DNA of 64,000 bases from Lachnospiraceae bacterium (GTDB lineage Bacteria > Bacillota_I > Bacilli_A > RFN20 > CAG-826). This document shows positions 17,976-27,509 of the stretch, in pieces (within the stretch, counting starts at the first letter, position 1; each line of letters begins with the position of its first letter). The notes beneath the pieces are model-generated. The model was not told the DNA's origin. It saw only the letters and a program-made list of their open reading frames with translations, and did no database searches. A program made the position numbers and the translations under genes. Location: assembly GCA_963657245.1 (NCBI GenBank), contig CAVKLJ010000007.1, forward strand, positions 6,519 through 70,518. Direction: 5' to 3'.

Positions 17976-19256
17976 TTAATCTGCAGCATTTTCCTTTGAA
18001 TAGACAACTTTAATAATTTTGCCGTGTAAATCGGTATCTGAGGGGATTTTTACGAGTAAGAAATTCGAAGTATGCCCATAGCAAATTTTCGTTTTTGCAT
18101 CATAGTCTTCCATAAGAACTTCTACTTCTTTTCCGTAGAATAACTTTCTATATTCTTCCCTTAGTTCCTTAGAAGCTTCGATAAATGCAGCATTTCTTTC
18201 TTTTTTAATATCAGCAGGAAGATCTTTTAAGGTATAAGCATAGGTTCCTTTACGTGGAGAATATGGGAAACAATGAATCTCGGCTAATTTACATTTTTTA
18301 ACAAACTCAAGACTTTCCTGGAACTCTTCTTCTCTCTCATTAGGAAAACCAGATATTACATCCGTGGTAATGGCTATATCCGGCCTTATTTTTCTGATTT
18401 CTTCAAGCTTTTTGTAATATTCTTCAGCGCTATACGGCCTTTTCATTCTCGAAAGGACACTAGATGAGCCGCTTTGGAGAGAAAGATGCAAATGTGAGGC
18501 AAAAGATGGAAAATCACTAATTACTTTTAAGAAAGAATCATCGATTTCTGATGGATTTAGACTGGACACTCTCAACCTATATAAACCAGGATTATCGGAT
18601 AAGATATCGTATAAAAGATTCCCCAATCGATAGTTTCCATCGCCTAAATCCAAACCATAGAAGCCAATTTCGATTCCGGTTATTACTATTTCCTTATAGC
18701 CTTTTTCGACAAGGAGTTTTGCTTCTCTTAAAACATCTTCCTTTTCTCTAGAACGAGAGTTTCCTCTAACGAAAGGAATTAAGCAATAGGAGCAGAAATA
18801 GTTACAGCCATCTTGGATTTTAAGATATGCTCTAGTGTTATTCGGTAAAGCAAAAGATCCGTATTCTTCGTATTTTTCATGTCTGTTATTGACATCCACT
18901 ACGATAATTGGCTGTTTTTCTTTTTGAAATCTTTCAATAAGATCAGGTATTTCTTTACGATGAGATGTTCCTAAAACGATATCAGCTCCGATAGTTTTTG
19001 CTTCTTCATAATTCTTTTGAGAATAACAACCCATTACTACGAGAATCGCATTTGGCGAAAGACGTCTGAATTTACGGATATGCTGACGTGATTTTTGATC
19101 GGCAGTCGAGGTAACCGAGCATGTATTAATAACGATCAAATCACAATTTTCTGGTGTTTTTGCTTCGTTATCCCCTCTTTTTAGGAGAGCTTCACGTAAT
19201 AAATCATTTTCATATGAATTAACCTTGCAACCAAGGGCGAATAAATAAAATAACAT
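17976..19256 (-). CDS. mtaB: Radical-SAM methylthiotransferase, MtaB (YqeV) type
   Basis: ALGCKVNSYEND...INTCSVT, radical SAM CNYFCSYC and a C-terminal TRAM-like region. It holds the yqeV position downstream of rsmE. Confidence 0.8.
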   Translation of the reverse strand: MLFYLFALGCKVNSYENDLLREALLKRGDNEAKTPENCDLIVINTCSVTSTADQKSRQHIRKFRRLSPNAILVVMGCYSQKNYEEAKTIGADIVLGTSHRKEIPDLIERFQKEKQPIIVVDVNNRHEKYEEYGSFALPNNTRAYLKIQDGCNYFCSYCLIPFVRGNSRSREKEDVLREAKLLVEKGYKEIVITGIEIGFYGLDLGDGNYRLGNLLYDILSDNPGLYRLRVSSLNPSEIDDSFLKVISDFPSFASHLHLSLQSGSSSVLSRMKRPYSAEEYYKKLEEIRKIRPDIAITTDVISGFPNEREEEFQESLEFVKKCKLAEIHCFPYSPRKGTYAYTLKDLPADIKKERNAAFIEASKELREEYRKLFYGKEVEVLMEDYDAKTKICYGHTSNFLLVKIPSDTDLHGKIIKVVYSKENAAD

Positions 19257-19266
19257 CGTCTTTTCC

Positions 19267-20025
19267 TTATTTTTTGCTTTTATATTTTTTGATTTTCTCG
19301 AAAAGGTTTTGAGAGATTAAATCGTTATCGAAAAGAGATTGGATAAACATCTCACGGTTGTTAGAAAAATAGGCTTTGACAACGTTTTTTATTCTCGGCA
19401 TCAAATGATTTAGAAGAGGATGTTTCAGATCTTTATCAAACAAGCAGACTTTAGCATCAAGTCTTCCTTCGTTATTCACAAAATAGATTGCCTTGGCATC
19501 ATAATCATAAAAAGCCGCACAATCAGGCATTTTATCGATCAAAACCAATCTCGTGAAATAAGAAATAAAAATATCATATCCATAATAATCGAATGGATCT
19601 ATCAAAGCGGCTTCATATTGTTTAAAGATCTTTTTATATGGCATCTCTCCTAGACGTGAGAAATTTTTGCTATATATCATGGAAATTGACAAAGCGAAGA
19701 TTGGAACATAGTTTTTCTCGCCTTTGAAAATCAAATATGGAAGATTTAGCAAGCCATTTTCCATATATTCTTTTAAAGAAACTGAGGATGAAAAGGTATT
19801 CTTTTCGTATTTTTTATAGAGTTTCTCGATGCATTCTTTGTTTTCGAGGGCTCTTAGGATGATATTTCCCCTGACAATCCCAAAAGAATCGGAGGAATCG
19901 GCTAGATAAGAATAACTTTCCAATTCATTTAATCTATAACGATTCTCATCATAATAGATTTGCTCGGATGATTTTTTGAAATTCGTTGGCGCTTGAGCAT
20001 CAGCTAAAATGTCATAAATGCTCAT
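19267..20025 (-). CDS. Hypothetical protein (252 aa, Tyr/Phe-rich, no recognisable motif)
   Basis: Long ORF whose ATG overlaps the rsmE stop (ATGA at 20022-20025). It ends 10 nt before the mtaB start. Confidence 0.6.
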   Translation of the reverse strand: MSIYDILADAQAPTNFKKSSEQIYYDENRYRLNELESYSYLADSSDSFGIVRGNIILRALENKECIEKLYKKYEKNTFSSSVSLKEYMENGLLNLPYLIFKGEKNYVPIFALSISMIYSKNFSRLGEMPYKKIFKQYEAALIDPFDYYGYDIFISYFTRLVLIDKMPDCAAFYDYDAKAIYFVNNEGRLDAKVCLFDKDLKHPLLNHLMPRIKNVVKAYFSNNREMFIQSLFDNDLISQNLFEKIKKYKSKK

Positions 20026-20768
20026 TTTTCTTCCTCTAATAAAGAAAATACGCTCGCTAAATATATTGAAGCTGTTTCAGCACGAAGGATTCTTCTTCCT
20101 AAAGACAATGTGACAAAGCCTTTATTTACGGCATCATCTACTTCTTTAGAGGAAAAGCCTCCTTCAGGACCGACAAGAGTCAAAGCTTCGTCCCCATGAT
20201 TTAAGTTCTCGAATTCTTTAGGCAAATTAAAGGACCCATCAGAAAGATTCTCATAGGCGATAAAACGCTTATTTGCATTGTATTCCAATGCTTCTTTGTA
20301 GCTCATAATTGGCAAAACAGTTGGAACAACAAGTCTTTTTGATTGGCTTGAAGCGCCGTTTACGATCTTTTGAAAACGTTCAAGTCTCTTTTTTCTTTCT
20401 TTTTCATCGAGTCTTATGATCGTTCTTTCAGATATGAAAGGCAAGAAAGCGGAAACTCCAAGCTCCGTTCCTTTCATCAAGACCAATTCGTCATGGCCAC
20501 CCTTCAATAAAGAGAAACCTAGAACTAGCTTTACACCTAATTCTGTGTTTCTATCGATGGTTTCTATAATTTTGATTTCTAATGGATTAGTCTTTTTTAT
20601 TTCTGCTAAATAAAGAGTTCCATTGTCGACAATTTCGATTTTTTCTCCTGCTTTCGCTCTCATAACATTCAAAAGATGGTGTTCATCTTCTTTTGAAAGA
20701 AACACCGTCTCATTTTGAATTTTAGCGAAGAAACGTTCCATCTTATCTAAGGAAAACGCCATTGGCAT
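20022..20768 (-). CDS. rsmE: 16S rRNA (uracil1498-N3)-methyltransferase RsmE
   Basis: HHLLNVMRAK N-terminal PUA-like region, and C-terminal GPEGGFS...LGRRILRAETA SPOUT knot. Confidence 0.88.
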   Translation of the reverse strand: MPMAFSLDKMERFFAKIQNETVFLSKEDEHHLLNVMRAKAGEKIEIVDNGTLYLAEIKKTNPLEIKIIETIDRNTELGVKLVLGFSLLKGGHDELVLMKGTELGVSAFLPFISERTIIRLDEKERKKRLERFQKIVNGASSQSKRLVVPTVLPIMSYKEALEYNANKRFIAYENLSDGSFNLPKEFENLNHGDEALTLVGPEGGFSSKEVDDAVNKGFVTLSLGRRILRAETASIYLASVFSLLEEEK

Positions 20769-21183
20769 CAGCTAATGAGTCATTTTTGAAATAATGCACG
20801 GAAGCAAAAAGATAGAAAACGAAACAAAAAGCGATTGGTAAAACAAATGCTAAGGCATTCTTTAATGGATCAACAAATAAGAAAAGCAAAACACCAGCTC
20901 CACCTTCTAAAATTAAGGTGATTAACAATTCGATGATGGCTTTTTTGGTAAAACCCAAATAAAAGTTATGAGCACCGAAAGAACCTAATAAAGCGCATAA
21001 AAACCCAGTTAATTTCTTGGATTTAGACTTATAGAGTTTATCATTCGTTGATGTGGCTTTTATAAACAAAGTAACGTCTTTTGTTTGGTAATTATCTTCA
21101 ATTGGATTCTCAGCTCCGCAGAATGGGCATATATCTTTATCGAACTTAGAAATAGTTCTATGACAGTTTTTACAGATTGGCAT
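20743..21183 (-). CDS. Zinc-ribbon plus TM2-domain membrane protein
   Basis: CKNCH...CPFCG zinc ribbon, then LLGSFGAHNFYLGFTKKAIIELL (TM2 motif GxHxFYxG) and a second TM helix. Confidence 0.7.
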   Translation of the reverse strand: MPICKNCHRTISKFDKDICPFCGAENPIEDNYQTKDVTLFIKATSTNDKLYKSKSKKLTGFLCALLGSFGAHNFYLGFTKKAIIELLITLILEGGAGVLLFLFVDPLKNALAFVLPIAFCFVFYLFASVHYFKNDSLADANGVFLR

Positions 21184-21227
21184 AATAAAACCCCCTTTAA
21201 ATAGTATTATTTAATACGCACTTTTTA

Positions 21228-21256
21228 AAGAAAAAATCGCCTCATTTGAGACGATT
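21228..21256 (-). terminator. Candidate terminator overlapping the dnaJ stop codon
   Basis: Minus strand reads aatcgtc...ggcgatt stem (one G-U pair) followed by ttttttc. Confidence 0.5.
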
Positions 21257-22391
21257 ATTTTTTAAATGGGTTTTTCCACCAACTTTTCTTCTTGGTTGCT
21301 TCCTCTTTTTGGAATTGCGTCAAGAGATCTTTTTGTGTTTTGCTAAGATCCGTTGGGGTATGTAGTTTAACATGCAAATAATGATCGCCAGGTTTGCCAG
21401 TGCGAAGATCCTTAACACCTTGTCCACGAAGTTTGAGTATTGCTTCAGGCTGAGTACCGGCTGGAATATCGACGGTTACTGTGCTATAAACCGTTTCAAT
21501 GTCGACCTTTGTGCCTAGGGCCGCATCCGCAAAGCCTAAATCTAAGTCAGAATGGATATCGTTTCCGTCACGTTTGAATCTCTTATCTTGTTCAATCTTG
21601 ATTTCAACATAGAGATCACCGTTTGGACCTCCGTTATATCCTCTCTCTCCCTTGCCTTTAACTCTGATCTGCTGACCTTCGTTAATGCCGGCTGGAATAT
21701 TGACTTCAATGTTTTTACGGACTCGGTTATAACCGTTGCCACCGCATTTTGAGCAGGCTTTCTTAATTATTTTGCCTGTTCCGTGGCATTTTGAGCAAAC
21801 AGCTTGTGACTCCATGGTTCCAAAGATTGTTTGCTGTCTTTGGGTTGTATAGCCTGTTCCTCCGCAATAAGGACATGTGCTTACATCAGATTCACTGGCT
21901 GCGCCTGTGCCGTGGCATGCATCGCATTGTTCATCATAAGTTAGAGGGATACTAACACTGGTTCCTTTGATGGAATCCATGAAAGAAATCTTAACGCTAT
22001 ATAGCGAATCATTTCCTTTTTGTGGACCGGTTTTGTTAGCGCTACTTCTTCTACTTCCTCCGCCGAAGAAAGAGTTAAATAGGTCATCAAATCCACCAAA
22101 TCCTTGCGAAGAGAAACCTGTTCCTTCGAATGGGTTTCCACTTCCGCCAGTTGAAGAACCGCTACCAAAGGCTGCAAAGCCATATTGGTCATAAGCAGCT
22201 CTTTTTTGGTCGTCCGACAAAACATCATATGCCTCTTGAACTTCTTCGAACTTTTTTGGAGCGTCAGAATCGTGGTTGATATCAGGGTGATATTTCTTTG
22301 CTAATTTACGGTATGCAGAACGGATTTCGTCTTTGCTAGCCGATTTATTTACTCCGAGAACCTCGTAGTAATCTCTTTTTTCTTCTGCCAT
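21255..22391 (-). CDS. dnaJ: Chaperone DnaJ
   Basis: J domain (DYYEVLGV...YHPD), G/F-rich linker and four CxxCxGxG repeats. Confidence 0.95.
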   Translation of the reverse strand: MAEEKRDYYEVLGVNKSASKDEIRSAYRKLAKKYHPDINHDSDAPKKFEEVQEAYDVLSDDQKRAAYDQYGFAAFGSGSSTGGSGNPFEGTGFSSQGFGGFDDLFNSFFGGGSRRSSANKTGPQKGNDSLYSVKISFMDSIKGTSVSIPLTYDEQCDACHGTGAASESDVSTCPYCGGTGYTTQRQQTIFGTMESQAVCSKCHGTGKIIKKACSKCGGNGYNRVRKNIEVNIPAGINEGQQIRVKGKGERGYNGGPNGDLYVEIKIEQDKRFKRDGNDIHSDLDLGFADAALGTKVDIETVYSTVTVDIPAGTQPEAILKLRGQGVKDLRTGKPGDHYLHVKLHTPTDLSKTQKDLLTQFQKEEATKKKSWWKNPFKK

Positions 22392-22420
22392 ATCTTCCTT
22401 CTCCTTTCTTAAAACAAGAT

Positions 22421-22444
22421 AGAGGCGTCCCTTAAGACGCCCCT
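22421..22444 (-). terminator. Intercistronic hairpin between dnaK and dnaJ (weak terminator or processing site)
   Basis: ggcgtc-6 nt-gacgcc stem, extendable with one mismatch. The downstream tail is only moderately T-rich. Confidence 0.3.
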
Positions 22445-22463
22445 ATTAGTGTTTTTTGTCAAA

Positions 22464-24302
22464 TTAAGCCTTTTTATCGGTGAAATCTGCATCAACAACA
22501 TCTTGGTCGTTGCTATCGGAAGATGTATTTGCTGAGGAGTTAGAAGATGCGTTTCCTGCTCCAGCTTGTTGTTGTTGATAGGCGTTGGCGGCATTGGCTG
22601 CATCTTCAAGTTTGCCAACGATTTCTCTTAATTTATCGATATTATCGTTTTGGATTGCAGCTTGAGCGTCATCACGAATCTTGGTTAATTCTTTCTTTTG
22701 ATCTTCAGAAAGTTGAGCACCTTTTTCGACTAATGTTTGATTGATTTGATCAACATATGTTTGGGCTTTGTTCTTGACTTCGATGTCGCCTTTTCTCTTT
22801 TCGTCGGCAGCTTTGTTTTCCTCTGCTTCTCTTACCATACGGTCGATATCTTCTTTAGAAAGACCGTTGGAGCCAGAGATTGTGATATCTTGAACCTTTT
22901 GAGTATCAAGGTCTTTTGCGGAAACTTTAACGATGCCGTTAACGTCGATTGAGAAGGTAACTTCGATTCTTGGCTCACCACGACGAGCTGGTTTGATACC
23001 AGTTAATTGGAAGTGACCAAGCAATTTGTTATCGTGAGCCATTGGTCTTTCGCCTTGATAGACCATGATGTCTACTGCAGGTTGATTATCAGCGGCTGTT
23101 GAGAAGATTTGGCTCTTGGTTGTAGGAATTGTTGTGTTACGTGGAATAAGAGGTGTCAAGACTCCGCCAAGTGTTTCAATGCCAAGTGTTAATGGGGTAA
23201 CATCGAGAAGGACGACATCTTTGACGTCACCTGCGATGATGCCACCTTGTATTGCTGCACCCATAGAAACAGCTTCGTCTGGGTTGACAGACATATTTAT
23301 CTTCTTGCCAGAAATTTGGCTGACCATATCTTGAACGGCTGGCATACGTGTTGAACCGCCAATCATCAAGACGTCTTCGAGATCGTTGTAGGTAAGACCT
23401 GCATCTTTAAGAGCTTTTTCCATTGGAACTTTGCAACGTTCGAGTAAGCCTTTGGTTAAATCTTGGAATTTGGCTCTTGTTAATTTGCCCTCATATGAGA
23501 TAGGACCAGTCTTTCCCATGCCAATGAATGGAAGGGAGATGGTTGTCTCTAAGCTGCTAGAAAGTTCGATCTTTGCTTTTTCAGCGGCGTCAAGGAAACG
23601 TTGTTGAGCCATCTTATCTGTAAGATCTACGCCAGTTTCGATTTGAATTTGGGCGTGAATCCAATCAGCAATGGCATTATCCCAGTCATCGCCGCCAAGG
23701 TTTGTATCGCCGTTTGTTGATAAGACTTGGAAGGTTCCATCGCCAATATCAAGAATGGAGACATCGAGTGTTCCTCCACCAAGGTCGAAAACCAAGACTT
23801 TTCCGGATTTATTTGTATCAAGACCGAAGGCTAAGCAAGAAGCGGTAGGCTCATTGATGATACGAACGACATCTAATCCAGCGATTGTACCTGCATCTTT
23901 TGTTGCTTGTCTTTGGGCATCGTTGAAGTAAGCAGGAACAGTGATAACTGCTTTCTTAACTTCTTGTCCGATGTTCTTTTCAGCATAGGATTTCATATAA
24001 GCAAGAACCTTTGCGGAGATTTCTTGTGGAGTGAAATCTTTATTTAAGCAGGAAATATGGAACTTGTAGTCTTGTCCAATTTTACGTTTTGCAGAACGAA
24101 CTGTGTCAGGATTTGTGATCATTTGACGCTTTGCTGCATTGCCAACTATTTCTTCGCCAGAAGCTTTGAATGCAACGACTGATGGGGTCGTATTTGTTCC
24201 TTCTGGGTTTGGGATAACCTTAACCTTGCCGTCAGCTTGTAAATAACTGATAACAGAGTTTGTAGTTCCTAAGTCAATACCAACGATTAATTCTTTTGCC
24301 AT
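22464..24302 (-). CDS. dnaK: Chaperone DnaK (Hsp70)
   Basis: [32 protein letters not shown]; 612 aa. Confidence 0.97.
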   Translation of the reverse strand: MAKELIVGIDLGTTNSVISYLQADGKVKVIPNPEGTNTTPSVVAFKASGEEIVGNAAKRQMITNPDTVRSAKRKIGQDYKFHISCLNKDFTPQEISAKVLAYMKSYAEKNIGQEVKKAVITVPAYFNDAQRQATKDAGTIAGLDVVRIINEPTASCLAFGLDTNKSGKVLVFDLGGGTLDVSILDIGDGTFQVLSTNGDTNLGGDDWDNAIADWIHAQIQIETGVDLTDKMAQQRFLDAAEKAKIELSSSLETTISLPFIGMGKTGPISYEGKLTRAKFQDLTKGLLERCKVPMEKALKDAGLTYNDLEDVLMIGGSTRMPAVQDMVSQISGKKINMSVNPDEAVSMGAAIQGGIIAGDVKDVVLLDVTPLTLGIETLGGVLTPLIPRNTTIPTTKSQIFSTAADNQPAVDIMVYQGERPMAHDNKLLGHFQLTGIKPARRGEPRIEVTFSIDVNGIVKVSAKDLDTQKVQDITISGSNGLSKEDIDRMVREAEENKAADEKRKGDIEVKNKAQTYVDQINQTLVEKGAQLSEDQKKELTKIRDDAQAAIQNDNIDKLREIVGKLEDAANAANAYQQQQAGAGNASSNSSANTSSDSNDQDVVDADFTDKKA

Positions 24303-24316
24303 AATATTTTTTCTCC

Positions 24317-24925
24317 TTAAGCTTTGTTAGCTTCATTAGTATCAGATTGTTTGTCTTCGGTTTTTGTTTCGACTTTTTTCTTATAGACTTTCACGTTAGC
24401 TGGTCGAATGAGCTTTTCGTGAAGTTTGTAGCCTTTTGAATAGATCAACGCTACCTTGCCATCGTTATTTTCGTCTCCCTCTTCAATGTCTATGGCGTTC
24501 ATTGAATGGGCATCGAATTCATCGCCGACCTTTGGAAGAATCTCGCTGACTCCTTCAGAGGTTAAGGCGTTTTGAATTTGATTGTAGATATAGATGAATC
24601 CTTGTTGATAGTTCTTAGCTTCTTGGGATTCGACCTTGCCATTTAATGCGAGGTAGAAACCATCAAGAGCAGGAAGAAGATTTTCTAGGAAGCCTTCGGA
24701 ACGATAACGAAGAGCGTTTCGATGGTCTTCTTCAAGGCTTTTGCGAAGATTTTGAACGTCTGCAAGTTCCATATAGTACTTGTTTTTCCATTCAAAGGCC
24801 TCGTCTTGTGCCTTTTTTAATTCTTCTTCGAGATTTATTCCATCTTTCTTTTTATCGTGTTTCATTTCGTTTTCTTCTTTGCTTGTTTCTTTATTTTCTG
24901 CTCGCTTTTCTTCGGCTTGTTCCAT
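24317..24925 (-). CDS. grpE: Nucleotide exchange factor GrpE
   Basis: [13 protein letters not shown]-like segment ([15 protein letters not shown]) and C-terminal beta domain ([16 protein letters not shown]). An alternative start at 24865 forms an ATGA overlap with the hrcA stop. Confidence 0.9.
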   Translation of the reverse strand: MEQAEEKRAENKETSKEENEMKHDKKKDGINLEEELKKAQDEAFEWKNKYYMELADVQNLRKSLEEDHRNALRYRSEGFLENLLPALDGFYLALNGKVESQEAKNYQQGFIYIYNQIQNALTSEGVSEILPKVGDEFDAHSMNAIDIEEGDENNDGKVALIYSKGYKLHEKLIRPANVKVYKKKVETKTEDKQSDTNEANKA

Positions 24926-25959
24926 TCTTCGTCCTCCTTTTCGTCGTCTTGGTTGAAATATTCTTCTAGTGCTTGAGCGAAATATTTTAAGGTTCCCACT
25001 ACTTTGTCATAATCCATTCTAGATGGACCAACAAGGGAGAGGGTTGCACCTTTTTCGCCAGGCACATCAATGTTTGCGGACACAAGAGCCAATTGATCGT
25101 TGAGATTATCGGAATTCCCTGAGCCAATGGTGATAGTGATACCATTCTTTGTTTGCCCTTTTTCTAAGGCTTTTGAGAGGCTTTCAGGGCTTTCAAGGAA
25201 TTTCATCAACTCACGAAGCTTATTGGCATCATTGGCGAATTCCGGTTGTTCAAACAATTGTTCTTTTCCATAGAATTCCATTCTTGATGTAGCAAATGCC
25301 GCAAAGACGCCAAGTATTGCTTGATAGAATACTTCTTGCCCAATCATATAATCGGTAAGAGCTGGACGCATCGCTTCCATCTTGCTGACCACTTGAGTAA
25401 CTGGCGTTCCTGACAAACGATCGTTTAACATTTTTATGGACTTCGTCAATTCGTTTGAATCCATATCCTTATTTAGGACAAATGTTTTGTTTACGACGTA
25501 TCCTTTGTCGGTGACAAATATCGCAGTTGCAGCATTTCCCCCAATCGGAATTAGATTTATCGATACTAGGCGTTCTTCTTCAAGAGAATTACCTACTACG
25601 ACCGAGGCTAGTTTTGTCATTTGAGAGAGTATTTCGCAACTCTCTTTGATTACTTCTTCAACCGATTTTGTTCTTTTGGACAAAACGTTTTGAAGAGCAT
25701 TCTTCGCTCTTTCATCGATATTTCCGGAGCGAAGATTGGCAACATAATATTGATATCCTTTTTCGGAAGGAACGCGTCCTGATGAGGTGTGTGTCTTTTC
25801 GAGATATCCCTCATTTTCTAATGCATTCATCTCGTTACGGATGGTTGCCGTGGAGACTTCAAGGTTGTATTCCTGTTGGAGAGTTTTGCTTCCAACTGGT
25901 TCTGCAGTCTTGATAAAATGCTCAACGATTAATTTTAATATTTCGTCGCGTCTTGTCAT
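24862..25959 (-). CDS. hrcA: Heat-inducible transcription repressor HrcA
   Basis: N-terminal wHTH (RRDEILKLIVEHFIKTAEPVGSKTL...VSTATIRNEM..LE..GYL.KTHTSSGRVPS). Acidic/basic C-terminal tail; ends in TGA. Confidence 0.93.
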   Translation of the reverse strand: MTRRDEILKLIVEHFIKTAEPVGSKTLQQEYNLEVSTATIRNEMNALENEGYLEKTHTSSGRVPSEKGYQYYVANLRSGNIDERAKNALQNVLSKRTKSVEEVIKESCEILSQMTKLASVVVGNSLEEERLVSINLIPIGGNAATAIFVTDKGYVVNKTFVLNKDMDSNELTKSIKMLNDRLSGTPVTQVVSKMEAMRPALTDYMIGQEVFYQAILGVFAAFATSRMEFYGKEQLFEQPEFANDANKLRELMKFLESPESLSKALEKGQTKNGITITIGSGNSDNLNDQLALVSANIDVPGEKGATLSLVGPSRMDYDKVVGTLKYFAQALEEYFNQDDEKEDEEWNKPKKSEQKIKKQAKKKTK

Positions 25960-25972
25960 TTTTGCCTCCTTT

Positions 25973-25999
25973 TTAGCAGTCCTCTCATTTGGCTGCTAC
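25973..25999 (-). promoter_or_regulatory. Degenerate second CIRCE-like inverted repeat between the -10 box and the hrcA RBS
   Basis: Minus strand reads gTAGCAGcC-N9-GAcTGCTAA, with a perfect 6-bp core (TAGCAG/CTGCTA). Confidence 0.5.
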
Positions 26000-26003
26000 G
26001 ACT

Positions 26004-26031
26004 ATTATAGAGGCAGTTTTAGCACTGTCAA
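26004..26031 (-). promoter_or_regulatory. Consensus sigma-A promoter of the hrcA-grpE-dnaK-dnaJ operon
   Basis: Minus strand reads TTGACA (26031-26026), a 16-nt spacer, then TATAAT (26009-26004). The -35 box sits in the spacer of the upstream CIRCE. Confidence 0.75.
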
Positions 26032-26045
26032 CACCTTAGTGCTAA
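26019..26045 (-). promoter_or_regulatory. CIRCE operator (HrcA binding site)
   Basis: Minus strand reads TTAGCACTa-N9-cAGTGCTAA, against the consensus TTAGCACTC-N9-GAGTGCTAA. Confidence 0.85.
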
Positions 26046-26050
26046 ATTTG

Positions 26051-27139
26051 TTAAAAAAGTTCAAGCAATATACGATCCAATAAGAGAATTCCATCATCAG
26101 AAGGATAGATAGAATCTTCATTTTCTAATAAAAGACCACTGTTATTTAGTTTAGCAAATTGCTTAGCATATTTTTCTCTAAACGCGAAGCCGAAACGAGA
26201 TTGAAACTCATCTTTTTTGAAACCTTTTGTTAGTCTAAGATTCGTCAAAAAGTAATCCTCTAGTTGGCTTTCTTCACTTAATGCTTCTTCTATTTGGCGA
26301 TACTCACCTTTTAAATATTTAGAAAGGTTTTTTGTGTTTGTGTAACGAACTTCATTAATGTATCCTGAGGCCCCTAATCCGACTCCATAATACTCATCAT
26401 CGTGCCAATATGTGAGATTATGCCTCGAATAATGACGATCTTTGGCGAAATTACTAACTTCGTATCTTTCGTAACCATCATTTCTTAAAGATTCTAATAT
26501 GAGGTTATACATATTAGCTTCGGTTTCGTCATCTCTTTCTTTAAATCCTTTGCTATAGAAAAGAGTCCCGTCGTTAATTGTTAGGGAATATGCGGATAAA
26601 TGAGGGAGGTCTAAGGCAAGCAACGCTTCGATATCTTTTCTAAGATCTTCAAGGTTTTCTTCTGGAAGAGCGTATATCAAATCTACGGATATGTTGTCTA
26701 TTCCCCCATTTTTGAGACATTTAACGGCATTTGCCACATCCTCATAAGAATGTTTTCTTCCCATTAAGGAAAGATATTTTGGTAAGGATGATTCCATACC
26801 TAAAGAAACTCTGTTAATGCCGTTATTTTTTAGAATTCCAACTAGATCTTCATCGATATTCTCTGGATTTCCTTCGATTGTGAATTCTCCGTCTTCTTTT
26901 ATATATTCTCTTAAATAATGTAGAAGGTCTTCTAACAAGTCTCTTCTTAGACAGGTAGGAGTTCCTCCGCCGATATATATGGTGTCTAGTTTATTTTCGA
27001 TGTGGTATGAATCTATTTCTTTTTTTAGCTCCGATACATAAGAAAAAGCCCATTTCTCATCATAAATGACTTTTGCAAAATCACAATATGAGCAAATATG
27101 GGCACAAAATGGTATGTGAACGTATAAAGACTTAATCAC
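26051..27139 (-). CDS. hemW: Radical-SAM heme chaperone HemW (oxygen-independent coproporphyrinogen oxidase-like)
   Basis: LYVHIPFCAHICSYCDF radical-SAM motif, GGGTPT. It holds the position between lepA and hrcA. Confidence 0.9.
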   Translation of the reverse strand: MIKSLYVHIPFCAHICSYCDFAKVIYDEKWAFSYVSELKKEIDSYHIENKLDTIYIGGGTPTCLRRDLLEDLLHYLREYIKEDGEFTIEGNPENIDEDLVGILKNNGINRVSLGMESSLPKYLSLMGRKHSYEDVANAVKCLKNGGIDNISVDLIYALPEENLEDLRKDIEALLALDLPHLSAYSLTINDGTLFYSKGFKERDDETEANMYNLILESLRNDGYERYEVSNFAKDRHYSRHNLTYWHDDEYYGVGLGASGYINEVRYTNTKNLSKYLKGEYRQIEEALSEESQLEDYFLTNLRLTKGFKKDEFQSRFGFAFREKYAKQFAKLNNSGLLLENEDSIYPSDDGILLLDRILLELF

Positions 27140-27141
27140 AA

Positions 27142-27504
27142 CTACTTTTCTTCTTTGTTGTTTTTGTCGAATTCTTCCATTTCTTTGGCGGCATTTTCGT
27201 CTTCGACAGGTCTAGTCATTCTGGCTAATTCTTCTTCGCGGGCCTCTTCTTCAGTGGGTTTTCCGTTTTTTCTTTCTTTTCTATCTTTTGCCGCTTCGTA
27301 TTCTTCTTCGTCTAATTCTTGGGTTAAACGTGCGACTTCTTCTTGAGCAATTTCTTTGTCTGTCTTAGGTTTTTCGTCGCTTTTGAATGGTTTTGCGTAT
27401 TTTCTAAGCAAAAAAACACCTAAAGCAATAACGCCGAATATGACTACGATAAGTATTGGGAAGAGCCATGCTGGCATTCCTGATAAGATTGTTATTTTGT
27501 TCAT
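27142..27504 (-). CDS. Hypothetical small membrane protein with Glu/Lys-rich cytoplasmic tail
   Basis: One N-terminal TM helix (WLFPILIVVIFGVIALGVFLL) followed by a charged tail. It is 5 nt from the upstream gene and 2 nt from hemW. Confidence 0.55.
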   Translation of the reverse strand: MNKITILSGMPAWLFPILIVVIFGVIALGVFLLRKYAKPFKSDEKPKTDKEIAQEEVARLTQELDEEEYEAAKDRKERKNGKPTEEEAREEELARMTRPVEDENAAKEMEEFDKNNKEEK

Positions 27505-27509
27505 GTTTT

